Shown: positions 36,748 through 50,984, counted from the stretch's first letter. The stretch is DNA of 64,000 bases from Eledone cirrhosa (GCA_964016885.1 OZ024742.1:246140001-246204000), one strand, 5' to 3'. Program-made: numbers and translations. Notes: a model not told the origin generated them from the sequence alone.

Positions 36748-38951
36748 CATCATCATCATCATCATCAACGTTTAACGTCCGTGTTCCACGCTTGCATGGG
36801 TTTGGACGGGGGTAGTCCCACTTGAGGCAAGAGTGATTGTCTTGCTCGCATAGGACTGTCTGGCAGGTTTTCTACAGTTGGATGCCCTTCCTAACACCAA
36901 CCACATTTACAGTGTGGGTCTGGGAGGTTTTTACCGTGTTGCCTACACGGCCACATTACAGCGTGGACTGTGTGTTTTTTTGTCGTGACACCTACACGAT
37001 CTCATTTGTTTCGGCCCGGATGGCGCGGCACCAACATAACTTTACATAGGACGGGGTGGTGTGGATGGGGTGGGGGTGGTGGTGGTGGGACGGGGTGTAT
37101 TTTGTTAGAGATGCCTACTGGCAAGGCGGGTCTTCTCTGTTACTGAGTACCGCCAAAGGTCTCGGTCCAGTGACATTGTCTTGGAGAGGTGTAAGTGTGT
37201 GAGGTCGGAGTTTATCAGCTCGTCCCAGGTTTTTCTAGGTCTGCCTATTCCGTGGCTACCGTCTATCTTTATTGCCCTGCACTTTGTTATACAGCTATCG
37301 ACTTTCATGCGCATCACGTGTCCATACCAACGTAGCCTTCTCTCGAGTAAACAACATCTGATCCCTCTTATCTCTAATTTTTTCCTTAGTTCGTTTATGC
37401 TTTGCCGTTCACGTATATTACTGTTACACATCCAGCGGAGCATGCAAGCTTCGTTCCTCTCTAGTCTGCGTATATCCTCTGCACACAATGCCCAGGTCTC
37501 ACTGCCATGCAACATTGCTGTTCGTATGCAGGCATCGTACAACCTGCCTTTCATTTTTAGGGAGAACCCTTTAGCAGCTAATAGTGGTATAAGCTCTCTG
37601 AACTTTTTCCAACCAGTTCTGACTCTAGCTACAGTACTTTCAGAGCACCCTCCCCCACTGCTGATTTTATCGCCCAGGTAACGGAAGCTGTCCACTATTT
37701 CTATAGAACCCTCTGCGCAATTGAAAGAGCTAGTATTGTGTGGGCACTTGCTGCTACTTATTGCACCAGAACACCGGCCACATGTAAAATCTATGTTCTT
37801 AGTTAGCTTACCTGTGATCCCACTACATCTTTTATGCACCCATACTTTGCATTTAGGACACAAAATGGAGTTTCTACCTACGCCTTTCCTACACACCGAG
37901 CACGACCATTTCCCAGAAGGGACCGCCGCCTTGTTTTCTTTCCTACAAACTAGAACTTTGGTCTTAGCCAGGTTAATTTTAAGTCCTTTTGACTCTAGGC
38001 CGTGCTTCCATGTTTGGAATTTCTTCTCTAGCTCGGCCATTGATTCCGCTATGAGTGTCAGGTCGTCTGCGTATAGGAGTTCCCATGGGCAGCCTGTCTT
38101 GAACTCCTCTGTTATAGCCTGAAGGGCAATAATAAATAGTAGGGGGCTGAGAACAGAGCCCTGATGGACGCCAACTTTTACGCTAAACTCTTCACTATAT
38201 TCGTTGTTAATTCTAACCTTGCTGACTGTTTCTTTATACATGGCTTGTATAGCCCTCACAAGCCATTCGTCAACGCCTAGTTTTCTAAGAGCCCACCAGA
38301 TAATGGAGCGGGGGACTCTGTCGAAGGCTTTCTCCAAGTCGACAAAAGCTAAGTAGAGGGGTTTACCTTTAGCTAGGTACTTCTCCTGTAGTTGTCGTAC
38401 TATGAAAAGAGCGTCTGTGGTACTTTTGCCTGACACAAACCCGAACTGCATTTCATCTAGGTCAATTCTCTCTCTGATTAGTTGCGCTATTACTTTTTCT
38501 GTGACCTTCATGACCTGGTCGATTAATTTAATGCCTCTATAGTTACTCCTATCTAGGGCGTCTCCTTTACCCTTATAACAGTTAACGATGATGCTGCTAT
38601 GCCAGTCCTTCGGAACAGCCCCATTCTGTACGACTTGGTTAACTATGCGGGTGACCATGGTGTGTCCCACCGTGCCAGATGCCTTCAGCATCTCAGCAAC
38701 TATTTCCGAAGGCCCAGCCGCCTTACCTGTCTTCATATCCTTGATTGCCTTACTTATTATACTCCCCTCGACTAACACTGCTGGTCCCTCTATTGGGTCG
38801 ACATGGGGGAGACTGTCTTTCTCCCATTTATTCTCCTCATTTAGTAGCCTTTCATAGTGACACTTCCAAGCTGCCTTCTTATCAGTGTCGGTGATGGCAA
38901 GTATGCCATCATCGTTAAGTACACACTTCTCCCCGACAATATCACGGTTTT
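36748..38951 (-). mobile_element. RTE LINE, 5'-truncated, RT intact (557-aa ORF 37105..38778)
   Basis: Near-identical to 13101-15340; a small deletion at the stop extends the ORF to ...TRLASRHL. Confidence 0.93.
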
Positions 38952-38953
38952 AC

Positions 38954-38985
<32 letters not shown>

Positions 38986-38991
38986 ACATAC

Positions 38992-39023
<32 letters not shown>

Positions 39024-39285
39024 ACATACATATATATATATATACATATATATATGTATACATATATATATATATACATATACATATATATACATATATA
39101 TATATATACATATACATATATATACATATATATATATATACATATACATATATATACATATACATATATATACATATATATATATACATATACATATATA
39201 TATATATACATATACATATACATATATATATATATACATATACATATCTATATACATACATATACATATCTATATACATATATAC

Positions 39286-39357
<72 letters not shown>

Positions 39358-39365
39358 ACATATAC

Positions 39366-39396
<31 letters not shown>

Positions 39397-39653
39397 CATA
39401 TATATACATATACATATATATACATATACATATATATATACATATATATACATATATATACATATACATATATATACATATATATATATACATATATATA
39501 CATATATATATATATATACATATACATACATATATATATATACATATATATACATATATATATATATACATACATATATATATATATATACATATACATA
39601 CATATACATATATATACATATATATATATATACATACATATACATATATATAC

Positions 39654-39719
<66 letters not shown>

Positions 39720-39856
39720 ACATATACATATATATACATATACATATATATACATATACATATATATACATATACATATATATACATATACATATACATA
39801 TATATACATATATATATACATATACATATATATACATATACATATATATATATACA
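38952..39856. repeat. (TA)n/TACA array
   Basis: Direct inspection. Confidence 0.97.
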
Positions 39857-40962
39857 TGCATAAAAGATGTAGTGGGATCACAGGTAAGCTAACTAAGAAC
39901 ATAGATTTTACATGTGGCCGGTGCTCTGGTGCAATAAGTAGCAGCAAGTGCCCACAAAATACTAGCTCTTTCAATTGCGCAGAGGGTTCTATAGAAGTAG
40001 TGGACAGCTTCCGTTACCTGGGCGATAAAATCAGCAGTGGGGGAGGGTGCTCTGAAAGTACAGTAGCCAGAGTCAGAACTGGTTGGAAAAAGTTCAGAGA
40101 GCTTATACCACTATTAGCTGCTAAAGGGTTCTCCCTAAAAATGAAAGGCAGGTTGTACGATGCCTGCATACGAACAGCAATGTTGCATGGCAGTGAGACC
40201 TGGGCATTGTGTGCAGAGGATATACGCAGACTAGAGAGGAACGAAGCTTGCATGCTCCGCTGGATGTGTAACAGTAATATACGTGAACGGCAAAGCATAA
40301 ACGAACTAAGGAAAAAATTAGAAATAAGAGGGATCAGATGTTGTTTACTTGAGAGAAGGCTACGTTGGTATGGACACATGATGCGCATGAAAGTCGATAG
40401 CTGTATAACAAAGTGCAGGGCAATAAAGATAGACGGTAGCCACGGAATAGGCAGACCTAGAAAAACCTGGGACGAGCTGATAAACTCCGACCTCACACAC
40501 TTACACCTCTCCAAGACAATGTCACTGGACCGAGACCTTTGGCGGTACTCAGTAACAGAGAAGACCCACCTTACCTAAATACATAGTAAAACCTACTACA
40601 GCCAGTAGGCATCTCTAACAAAATACACCCCGTCCCACCCCCACCACCCCCACCCCACCCCGTTCTATGTAAAGTTATGTTGGTGCCGTGCCATCCAGGC
40701 CGAAACAAATGAGATCGTGTAGGTGTCGCGACAAAAAAACACACAGTCCACGCTGTAATGTGGCCGTGTAGGCAACACGGTAAAAACCTCCCAGACCCAC
40801 ACTGTAAATGTGGTTGGTGTTAGGAAGGGCATCCAACTGTAGAAAACCTGCCAGACAGTCCTATGCGAGCAAGACAATCACTCTTGCCTCAAGTGGGACT
40901 ACCCCCGTCCAAACCCATGCAAGCGTGGAACACGGACGTTAAACGTTGATGATGATGATGAT
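39857..40962 (+). mobile_element. RTE LINE, 5'-truncated inside the PHD finger, head-to-head with 36748-38951
   Basis: Starts at HKRCSG directly after a TA/TACA array; 3' UTR and GAT tail present. Confidence 0.92.
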
Positions 40963-41044
40963 ACATATCATCATCATCATCATTTTACGTCCGCTTTTCC
41001 CTGCTTGCATGGGTATATATATATATATATACATATATATACAC

Positions 41045-41118
<74 letters not shown>

Positions 41119-42169
41119 TTATATCCAATCCTTACCAAGTCCTCTCTGGATTTTGGTCTCACTACATATATATATATAGATATATATATATATATATATA
41201 TATGCAAATAAAACTGCTGATTGCCCTAACCCATAACAAAAACACACTCAGAAAATCACCAACAGTTGCCATATTTCATACTTTCTGTATAATGAAAGAA
41301 ATCATTATATTCTATTGTATTGGCAGAGGGTCGGATGCCATGCTTTGACGCATAGAGTTATGGCCCTTGCCATTCTGAGTTCAAATCCCGCCGAGGTTAA
41401 CTTTGCCTTTCATCTTTACGGGGTCGATAAAATAAAGTACCAGTAATGTACTGGGTATGTGCTGGCCTTGTGCCAAAAGTAGAAACAATTATATTCTATG
41501 TGTATGTGTGTATGTATATGTAGTGAAAACATCAACAAGAAAAAAGAGTGCTCATCATTATCATCATCATGTTACATCTGCTTTTCCCTGCTTGCAAGAG
41601 TGATACACACACACATAAAGTCTCACATACTCTTAAAGTGGAAACAAATTTTCAATCAGTTGGGATTATCCCTGCAATTTGAGTGTTCAAATCTAAAAAC
41701 AGCAACTAAGGGAAATAACTCCTTCAATATCAGTTGATCGAAATTGTTTTGAAACATTTAGACAATGCAGTAGTAACGTTGAATACATCATCCAACTGGT
41801 GAAAGCAGGTTTCAATATTATTAGATCTCTTCAGTGAAGCATATTCACTAACTGTTGGCTTCATTTGGAATGGTTGAAATGTATAGGAAAAAGAATGAGA
41901 GAATCGACACTGATTAGGTGTCGGCATTGGATAGAAAATTGATACTTGAAGAGTGCATCCTTCATAAGATATCATATACAGTAAAATCTCACATGCTTGA
42001 ATATGTGTAGTTAGTTTTGGGCCCCTTAACACTTGATGGAGTTGTAGGGGTGTCATCCTGACACATGATGTGTATTGGACATTTAAAACCACACAGAGCC
42101 CATCAATCTACCAGTTGTAATATTGCTGTTTTTTGATATCTTCAAGAGAGACAGATGGGGGAGTAAGCA

Positions 42170-42214
<45 letters not shown>

Positions 42215-42723
42215 TTAGTACTTTATTTATCGACCTCAAATGGCTGAATGGCAAAGTTGACCTTGACAGGATTTGAACTCAGGATGCTGTAAACTGGAAC
42301 AAAACCAATACTTTTTTAATCTGACCCTCTAACAACTCTGCCAATTCACTACCTTATGCTTGAATATAATTATCCCCTCAATTTAAAAACAAAAACTTCC
42401 TTTAGTAGAAGGGGTTTCAAAATTAAAATCAGCAAGGTAAATAACTACAATACCAGCTAATTCCAATCCTTTTTTTTTTATTTATAGAATGCTGGTCAGT
42501 TGTCATCAGAGTTTTAGGCTTGTTATCACTAAAACTGAGAGGGTATCTTAAGCAAACAGATATCAAATCACAAATTACTCTCCTACAAAAGACTGCCCTG
42601 CTCATATACTCAGGAAAGTACTACCTAAGGTCCTTCTTGAGATCTGTCAGGCAGTAGAAGATCCAGTGATTACTATATTTACTATGCAAACAATACACAA
42701 TTACAATAACAAAAATAAATAAC

Positions 42724-42902
42724 CTTCTGTTTAATTCCCGGTTTTCATCAACACAATAAGTAATAAGGCGTTGTTTTAGGGCTTCTGCTTTGTTGCACAA
42801 AGTTTCATTTAGAAATACACAATCTAGAGAAAACATACTAAGTGGTACTGTAACATATAATACAGCTATTTCATCCTTCAGAGACTGGAAAGACTCAATT
42901 TT
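42724..42902 (-). CDS. DNAH3: DNAH3-like exon (KIESFQSLKDEIAVLYVTVPLSMFSLDC...ENRELNR)
   Basis: cttgcag acceptor, gttatt donor, 179 nt, phase 0 to 2. Confidence 0.88.
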
Positions 42903-43149
42903 CTGCAAGATAAAGAATTGAAAAGCAAAAATGTTTTAAAATTCAGGGCAGGATTTCAGAATTATTTCACTAAGATGCTTCCAATCCTCCCCAAAAAGAA
43001 CAATCAACACATAATGTGTGAGTTGAGAAAATTTATATTAACAGATTGACTTATTTATTTATATAGTTATTTATTTACATATTTATTTATTTATGTATTA
43101 CCAAATGATGGTTCTTTTGGCTGTTAATACAACCAGCTCTTTCAGATAT

Positions 43150-43742
43150 GCTGGACTGTCAGAGGCAGTTGCTGAGATGCTGAAATTGCCTGCAGAAGCG
43201 TCAAGCTAGTCACTTGCATAGTCACTCAGGTAATACAGGAAGGCACATTCCCAATGACTGGCAGAACAGTATACTCATTAATTATTACAAAGGAAATGGT
43301 GATGTGTTAGAAAGAGTAACTACAGGGGCAGTAAACTCATGGATCAAGTTATGAAAGTGACAGAAAAACCTTTAGCACAACTAGTAAGGGAAAGAGTCAA
43401 ACTAGATGAACTTTGGTTTTGAGCAAGGGAGGAGCGCCTCAGATGTCCTCTTCTTAGTGAGACAACTGCAAGAGAAGTTTCTAGCTAACTGTAAGCCACA
43501 ATATCTAACTTTAATTGATTTGGCAGAGTACCACAATCTTACATTTGAGGGTCCTTAAGGAAACTAAATGTACAATAATTGCTTATGAGAGCAGTGAAAA
43601 CCATATAGAGAGGAGCTGTCAGCAAAGTGAGATTAGGGAGTGAGTTTAGTGAGAAATTCAATGAGTAGGTAGGTGTATATCATGGCTCATTCCTCAGTCC
43701 ATTCCTGTTTACTATAGTTCTCCAGGCCATAATAGAGAAGCT
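43150..43742 (+). mobile_element. Highly degenerate RTE RT fragment
   Basis: Nucleotide similarity to the VAEMLK, YKGKGD, NYRG, QVMKVTE and VRQLQEK segments. Confidence 0.7.
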
Positions 43743-44149
43743 TAAGATAACAATAGTAATAGTAACATCGACAACAACAGCAGCAGTAACAATAACAACA
43801 ATAGCAATGACAACAAGAGTAACAGTAGCAACAACAACAGCAATAATGACAACATTAGCAACAACAATGTTGGAAATGTGGACGGGTCTCTCTCTTGGTC
43901 CAAGTGCCAGGACAGGGTGTTGATGTTTTGTGATGACTGGTACAAATGAGTGTGAGTTTTGCTATATTCTCTGGTCAGACACAAAACATGTGAGCATCAT
44001 GTAGGGAAATTCAGTCTGGACATGAGTGAAGACACAAAGGTAGGTCCCTTCATTTCTTATAACAAGCTATTTCGGCAGTGCTGTTTTTTTTGTATTAATA
44101 TTTACTTTCTCCAACTTGCAGAAGATATGGTGACAAAGATAAGAATCAG

Positions 44150-44581
44150 TAGCAATGCAATCAGAACCTTCTGCTGAGAAGGAGACATTATTGCCTGGAT
44201 TAGAAAGATAAAATTGTTCACTATATTACAAGGGATCAGAAATGTGGCAGGCTTCATGGTACTGTATCTAGAAGGTAACACGCTGGTGTTGTACCTCAAA
44301 ATGGACCAGGCAGACCAACTGAATGTGGAGATGAAGCAGCACCTCAAGGATCATATGAGGGATCCTATGCTGCTTTCACCAAACTAGGAAAAGTGAGGTG
44401 GACGGGAGAGCAGGTGGACGTGTTTGCGGCGAAAATCCGGAGGTTGGCTACACTAGCTGAATTTACAGGAGAAAACCTAGAAAGGGCCATGCAGATGGCA
44501 TTCATGAATTGTTTCCCCAACAAAATTTCAGTGAGGCTCCATCAACTGCCGGGCAACAACAAAATGTCCCTTCACTTCTGA
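44150..44581 (+). mobile_element. Degenerate LTR-retrotransposon (Gypsy-like) gag fragment
   Basis: EGDIIAWIRKIKL..LYLEG..LYL and RWTGEQVDVFAAKIRRLA segments with stops. Confidence 0.6.
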
Positions 44582-45040
44582 TAATTTCTAAAATTATTTG
44601 AAAATTACAGGCAGTGTCTTTTGTCTTTCTTTAGAAATATAACAAATGGGTTAATAGTGAACTCTATGTAGATGTTTCATGGATGGCTACAGTTATACAC
44701 TACAAAGGTAGTTCAACAATAGTGAGACACTAAATTGATAAAGACATATATAGGCCCAAAACATATATTTAGTCTTGATGTGAGTACTTTAAGCTGAGAT
44801 CATATCACAGCCAGCACAGTATTCTTGTAAGAACACTGTATTTCAGAATTATTATTACTCATCATCAGCAGTTGCTTACTTCCCTAAAATACGATGGTAT
44901 AAAAGACATCAAAGTATGATAAATTTTGAAGTAAACAGACAACAACAACAACAAAACCACAACTACAACAACAATAGGTATAACAAGTACTTTTACAGCA
45001 ACTAACTAGAAGTACAACAATTATAAAATACAATTACAAC

Positions 45041-45146
45041 CTCTATGAATTCATGAATAGTATGTTGTTCTTTGAGGAAAGCAGTAACATCCTGCTGAGC
45101 TTTTTTATTAAGTAGATCAGCATACTTCATATAGCAATTTAAATAC
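45041..45146 (-). CDS. DNAH3: DNAH3-like exon (YLNCYMKYADLLNKKAQQDVTAFLKEQHTIHEFIE), not in ORF track
   Basis: ttgcag acceptor, phase 2 to 0. Donor is gttgta, or the in-frame gtaatt 3 nt downstream (exon end 45038). Confidence 0.85.
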
Positions 45147-45182
45147 CTGCAACAAAGATATTATTATTATAGTAACAGTAAT

Positions 45183-45555
45183 AATTGTTTCTACTTTTGG
45201 AACAAGGCCAGCAATTAACTCAGTGTATTACTGGTACTTTATTTTATCGACCCTGTAAGGATGAAAGGCAAAGTTAACCTCGGCGGGATTTGAACTCAGG
45301 CCATAAAGGGCCGTAACTCTTTGCGTCAAAGCATGGCGTCCGACCCTCTACCGATACTGCCAATCCACAGCCTTGTAATAGTAATAATGGTTTCTTATAT
45401 AGGCATAAGGCCAACAATTTTGGGGGGAGGGGAAAGTCGATTGAATTGACTCCACTACATTACTGGTGCTTTATTTATCGATCGCATAAGGATGAAAGGC
45501 AAAGCTAACCTCGGCAGGATTTGAAGTCAGAATGTAAAAGGACATAACTCTATAC
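45183..45555 (-). mobile_element. Two SINE copies just upstream of the 45146 acceptor
   Basis: Same SINE consensus on the minus strand. Confidence 0.78.
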
Positions 45556-45915
45556 CATATTCCCACCGCTCGTTACTGCATCAGCTTGATGTTTGTACCA
45601 ATTTCCCTCTGTTTTTATACCACTGCAAATTACCCAATGTAAATATTGCCCTACTTTCTCATGTCGAGTTTTATACTACTGGGGAGCTAATACTTTGCAG
45701 CCTGAAACCAGATGGTCAATGGTCACAACCTGTTCATCGCAAAATAGGTTCGATTTTTGATCACATTGGATTAAAAGTTGCATTTTGACAGACACTGGTC
45801 TTGTGCAGCAAAAATGAAGCCTTCACACTCTGCTTTTAGCCCAGAACCCCACAGTCACTGAGTGGTGAGAGTTTGATCAATGTCAGATGCTTAGCTATGG
45901 AAAACATACTGCCCA
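45555..45915 (-). mobile_element. Second R4/Dong-type fragment (degenerate)
   Basis: GLKAECEGFIFAAQDQ..TIDHLVSGC..RHEKVGQYLHWVIC on the minus strand. Confidence 0.68.
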
Positions 45916-45929
45916 TTATTATTATTATT

Positions 45930-46697
45930 TTCTTGGAATCTCAGTCATTGATGTTATTAAACTGGAAAGTTTGTTCAAATTAATATCAAGCCGCTACCTG
46001 CAGCCTCAGATATTCAGGACGTATCGGAGGGATCTTGCTGTTCCCAGCAAGCATGCCTTTTGAAGTGTTCTAAAAAATGGGGCTGGACTAATGTTCTTTA
46101 ACCATCCTTGGAAACTCCTATGACAATTGGGATGACCTTGATCTCATGACAGTCTCAAATCCTTTTTAATTCCAACTTTAAATCCTGGTATTGGTTAATT
46201 TTCTCCTTCTCCTTTTCTTGCACTCTTATGTCAAAGGCGCAGGCTACATCTACAATCAGGCACAATCTTTTTTCCTTGTCAAAAACCACCAAGTCAGGCC
46301 TATTGTGTTCTAATTTCTTGTCTGTCTGTATCCTGAAATCCCATAGCACCTTCATTCGATCATTTTCTATCACAGACTATGGCTTATGCTCATACCACTT
46401 CTCAGAATGAGGTAAATTATTTAGTTTGCATAAATGCCAGTGAATCACCTTTCCTATTATATCATGCCTCCAACCTTTATAGTAAGTCTGGGCTAGGTGT
46501 TTACACTCAGATACGATGTGAGCCACAGTTTCCTCTCTCTCTCCACAGATCCTACAGAACAGGCTAGCCTCCTCCTTATCAATATGGTGTTTCACCCACT
46601 TCGTTCTGAGGGCTTGCTCCTGTGCAGTCAGTAGCATTCCCTCTGTAGCTTTTTAAGGTCTCCTCTTTTTAACCAGCTCCATGTCTGTGGATCTCTG
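45930..46697 (-). mobile_element. R4/Dong-type non-LTR retrotransposon 3' fragment (CCHC + restriction-like endonuclease)
   Basis: CRICGEREETVAHIVSEC, RHD, LWDF.I.TD...NRPDLV..IVDVA..EK..Y; (TAA/ATT)n at both ends. Confidence 0.85.
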
Positions 46698-46711
46698 AAT
46701 TATTATTATTA

Positions 46712-46910
46712 TTGGCAGTATCGGTAGAACGTCAGATGCCATGCTTTGACGCATAGAGTTACGGCCCTTGCCATTCTGAGTTCAAATCCCGCTGAGGTTT
46801 ACTTTGCCTTTCATCCTTACGGGGTCAATAAAATAAAGTACCAGTATTGTACTGGGTAATTTCTGGCCTTGTGCCAAAAGTAGAAACAATTATTATTATT
46901 ATTATTATTA
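46712..46910 (+). mobile_element. SINE copy flanked by (ATT)n
   Basis: A/B boxes and core domain. Confidence 0.8.
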
Positions 46911-47444
46911 TATTACTCAATTAACTACAAACAAACACACACCCGCACAATCACACATAGTCATAAACACCATTGCCACTTCCATTAACCAACATCTCAA
47001 TCAATAACACCACCCCTTTAACAGCAGTGCATATATGTATATGTACAAAGGATTGGGAGGACTCTTCAGTTATGTCAGACATGACAACCTCCCTAGTGCT
47101 TGTAGCATGATAAAATACACTCAGAGATGTAACATGGAAAATGAAATGAGGAATGAATAAGTAAAAGGATTTCAATTAATACTAAATAATTCCAATTGTT
47201 CTAGGATAGATGGGAGAGAAGAAAGAAAAGATGTTAGATGATATATGAAGAAAAGGAAAGAAATAGATATAGAATGAAATAAAAATGATGAAAAAAAAAT
47301 GAAAGAAAACATATAAAGGATAAAAGACACTAAAGAAAAAGGAAAGCAGAGAGAAGAATCAGAAAAAGACAATGGAGAAAAACCTAGACAAAATGTTGGA
47401 TAACAACAATAAAATAGAAAAAGATAAGAATAAGTTTCCTTTAC

Positions 47445-47761
47445 TTTTGAGGGCCAATCACATTCTTCTTGAACATCTCCACAGCCTGGTCCACAATCTC
47501 AGTGACCTGGGTTTCATCAATACGAGGAGCACGTAACTTCATATTTCGATTACGCATGTCAGGAAATACCTCACATTCCACCTTTGTCAACCCTGTGCCA
47601 GATGTGACAATCTCAGAGAAACATTTAATAATCAGGTTAAGAATATCTCGGAATGGTGGGTCAAAAATGATTTTCGGTTCGTCAACTTTTAATTTAATTA
47701 TCATGATCGAAGAAACAACATACTGCATTTCATCATACTCCCCAACAAAATCATTACCTTG
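47445..47761 (-). CDS. DNAH3: DNAH3-like exon (QGNDFVGEYDEMQY...KKNVIGPQ)
   Basis: tttttcag acceptor, gtaaag donor, 317 nt, phase 0 to 2. Confidence 0.9.
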
Positions 47762-47975
47762 CTGAAAAATATTATTTTAAAAAACAACAATTATTTATAA
47801 TTTCTCATATCATATTACAAATATATATCTAAACTATAATAAAGGAAGGTCTGCGGGATTGCGTACAGTTTATTTTTTTTTATCCCATTTGTAAAATAAG
47901 TTGGATTACCTTGAATAAATAATGAATGAATATTACATAATTTATCTACTAAATTTCGTGGCTGTTGATTAAATA

Positions 47976-49463
47976 TCATCATCATCATCTTTGTTTAACG
48001 TCCACTTTCCACACTAGCATGGGTTAGATGGGAGTTGTCCCACTTGAGGCAAGGTTTGGTCGGGTGACCGTGTATCGCTCATATAGGACTATCTGGCAGG
48101 TTTTCTATGGCTGGATGCCCTTCCTAACACCAACCACATTTACAGTGTGGAACTGGGAACTTTTTACCGTGTTACCTACACGGCACATTACAGCGTAGAC
48201 TGTGTGTTTTTTTCTCATGACACCTACACGATCTCGATCTCATTTATCTCATTTATTTGGACTGGATGTTGTGGTACCAACTTTATAGAGAGAGGGTGGT
48301 GTTGGTGGGAGTGGGAGGATAGGGTAGGGGTAGTGGATTGGGGTGTATATTTGGTTAAGAGGTGCCTACTGACTGTAGGTTTCGCTTTGTACATAGGCAA
48401 GGCGGGTCTTCTGTATTACTGCGTAGCGCCAAAGATCTCGGTCCAGTGACATTGTCTTAGAGAGGTGCAAGTGTGTAAGGTCGGAATTTATCAGATCGTC
48501 CCAGGTTTTTCTGGGTCTACCTACTCCGTAACTACCATCAATTTTGATCGCCCTGCACTTTTTTATACAGCTGTCGTCTTTCATGCGCATCACGTGGCCA
48601 TACCAACGTAGTCTTCTCTTGAGTAAACAGCATCTGATCCCTCTTATTCCTAATTTCTCCCTTAGTTCACTTATGCTTTGCCGTTCACGTATATTACTAT
48701 TACACATCCAACGGAGCATGCATGCTTCATTCCTTTCCAGTCTACGCAGGTCCTCTGCACGCAATGCCCATGTCTCACTACCATGTAGCATTGCTGTTCG
48801 TATACAAGCATCATACAATCTGCCTTTCATTTTTAGAGAGAAACCTTTTGTGGCCAACAGCGGTATAAGCTCTCTGAACTTTTTCCATCCCGTTCTGACT
48901 CTGGCTACTGTACTTTCAGAACACCCTCCACCACTGCTGATTTCGTCACCCAGGTAACAGAAAGTGTCTACTATTTCTATAGAACCATCTGGGCAATAGA
49001 AGGGGCTAGTATCCTGTGGACACTTGCTACATATTGCACCTGAGCATCGGCCACATATAAAGTCTACATTCTTAGATAGTTTACCTGTGATCCCACTACA
49101 TCTTTTATGTACCCATACTTTGCATTTGGGACATAAAATTGAATTTCTGCCTACTCCTTTCCTACACACTGAGCAAGGCCATTTCACTGAGAGTACCTGT
49201 GCCTTATTTTCCTTTCTATAAACTAGGACTTTAGTCTTAGACAAGTTAACTTTAAGGCCTTTTGATTCTAGGCCATGCTTCCATGTTTCGAATTTCTTTT
49301 CTAGTTCAGCCATTGATTCAGCTATGAGCGTTAGATCATCTGCGTATAGGAGTTCCCATGGGCAGCCGGTCTTGAACTCCTCTGTTATAGCTTGAGGGGC
49401 AATAATAAATAGGAGGGGGCTAAGGATAAAGCCTTGGTGAACACCAACTTTTACACTAAATTC
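47976..49463 (-). mobile_element. RTE LINE, diverged subfamily, 5'-truncated
   Basis: ORF 48366..49313 with YADD upstream, PHD-like finger and GRPRKTW; CAT tail on the plus strand. Confidence 0.88.
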
Positions 49464-49959
49464 TATATATTTTGTTTATTTAAAGATTCACTTCTTTAAT
49501 TTCTGAAATGTCAACACTTCCAGTTGGCCATCGCTTAAATAAACATTAATTTTCTCCTAATGCAGTTTATATATAATATCGACTTTTTTAATGTATCATG
49601 GATTACGTTACTGATTACATAAGACAGTGTAACACAGTCTTCGTTCAATTATATATTGTCAATTACGATTTTATTTGATGTATCATATCTACATGTATAT
49701 ATACCTGCGTATAACATCAATATACACACTACACATGCTAGCAGAAAACCACCTGAAGGGTATTTATTCTGCTAGTAAATATAATATTGTTTTCCACTTT
49801 TGGCACAAGGCCAGCAATTATCCTGTGCATTCATTACTGGTGTTTTATTTTATCGACCCCGTAAGGATGAAGGGCAAAGTTAACCTCAGCGGGATTTGAA
49901 CTCAGACTGTAAAGGGCCATAACTATGCTGCAAAGCATGGTGAAAGACCCTCAATATTG

Positions 49960-50440
49960 CTGAGCAGCTAGAATAAGGACAGGATGAATGGAGTTTAGGT
50001 AACTGCTACCCCTGCTAACAACAAAAAGTTTCTCCCTATGAATGAAAGGTCGGCTGCATGACGCCTGTGTGTGAAGTGCCATGCTATATGGTAATGAGAC
50101 ATGGGCAGTGAACACAGAGGACATGCAGAGGCTGGAAAGAAATGAGGCAAGCATGCTTCAATGGATGTGCAATGTTAATGTACAAGAATGATAAAGCAAG
50201 GATGAATTAAGGGAAAACTGGGTTTAAGAGGAATCAGAAGTAGTGTGTAGGAGAGAAGACTGCATTGGTATGGACGTGTGATGCACATTGATGATGATCA
50301 CTTGCTGAAGAAGCAGTGGAGGAAGCCACAATAAAGGAAGACCATGAAAGACATGGATGGAATGCGACAAGTGGAGAGATGCTATACTGAGAAGAACCCA
50401 ACTCATGCAAGCGTGGAACAGACATAAAATGATCATGATT
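49960..50440 (+). mobile_element. Degenerate RTE 3' fragment
   Basis: Decayed RTGW..LLPLL, MLYGNETWAV and RLHWYG segments; catgcaagcgtggaa end motif. Confidence 0.7.
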
Positions 50441-50984
50441 ATGATATTGTTTTATTCTGAACAGCTTATATTCATGAATCTTACACTCTATTAGGTCACA
50501 TATGAGATTCATAAAGCCAAGTGGATAAGGGTATTTGACTACCTGGTCATAGGTTCATAGGAAGATTCAGCATAACTCAGTGTGTGTCAAGACCGGCCCT
50601 TTCAATTACAAGTTTCAACTAGTTTTTGCCAACTGAATGGACTGGAGGTGAGATAAAGTGTAACTGGGAATTGAACTCATGATGATATAATCATAAGCCA
50701 AACATACTAACCAGCAAGCCTTGCACCTTTGGTGGCAGCAGTGGCAGTAGTGGGTAAGTGGACTGGCAGAATCAGGAAAACATGAGACAAAATGTCTCAT
50801 TGAAATAAATCTCAGTAATACATTGCAGTCCATTTAATCAGCAGTGCCTCTTCCTACAAGTGTGTAACCAAGGATCTCTATTCTTATCTACAAAAATGTT
50901 CTGCTTGTCATGACGTGTTTTAGTGTTATACTTCAACAACTCTAACTATGGAATGAAATTAAAGACACAATCAAAATCACTACC

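Noticed and set aside
38857-40578. 573-aa ORF fusing a YI repeat to the RT C-terminus
   Set aside because: Chance read-through from antisense RTE via a microsatellite into a truncated RTE copy.
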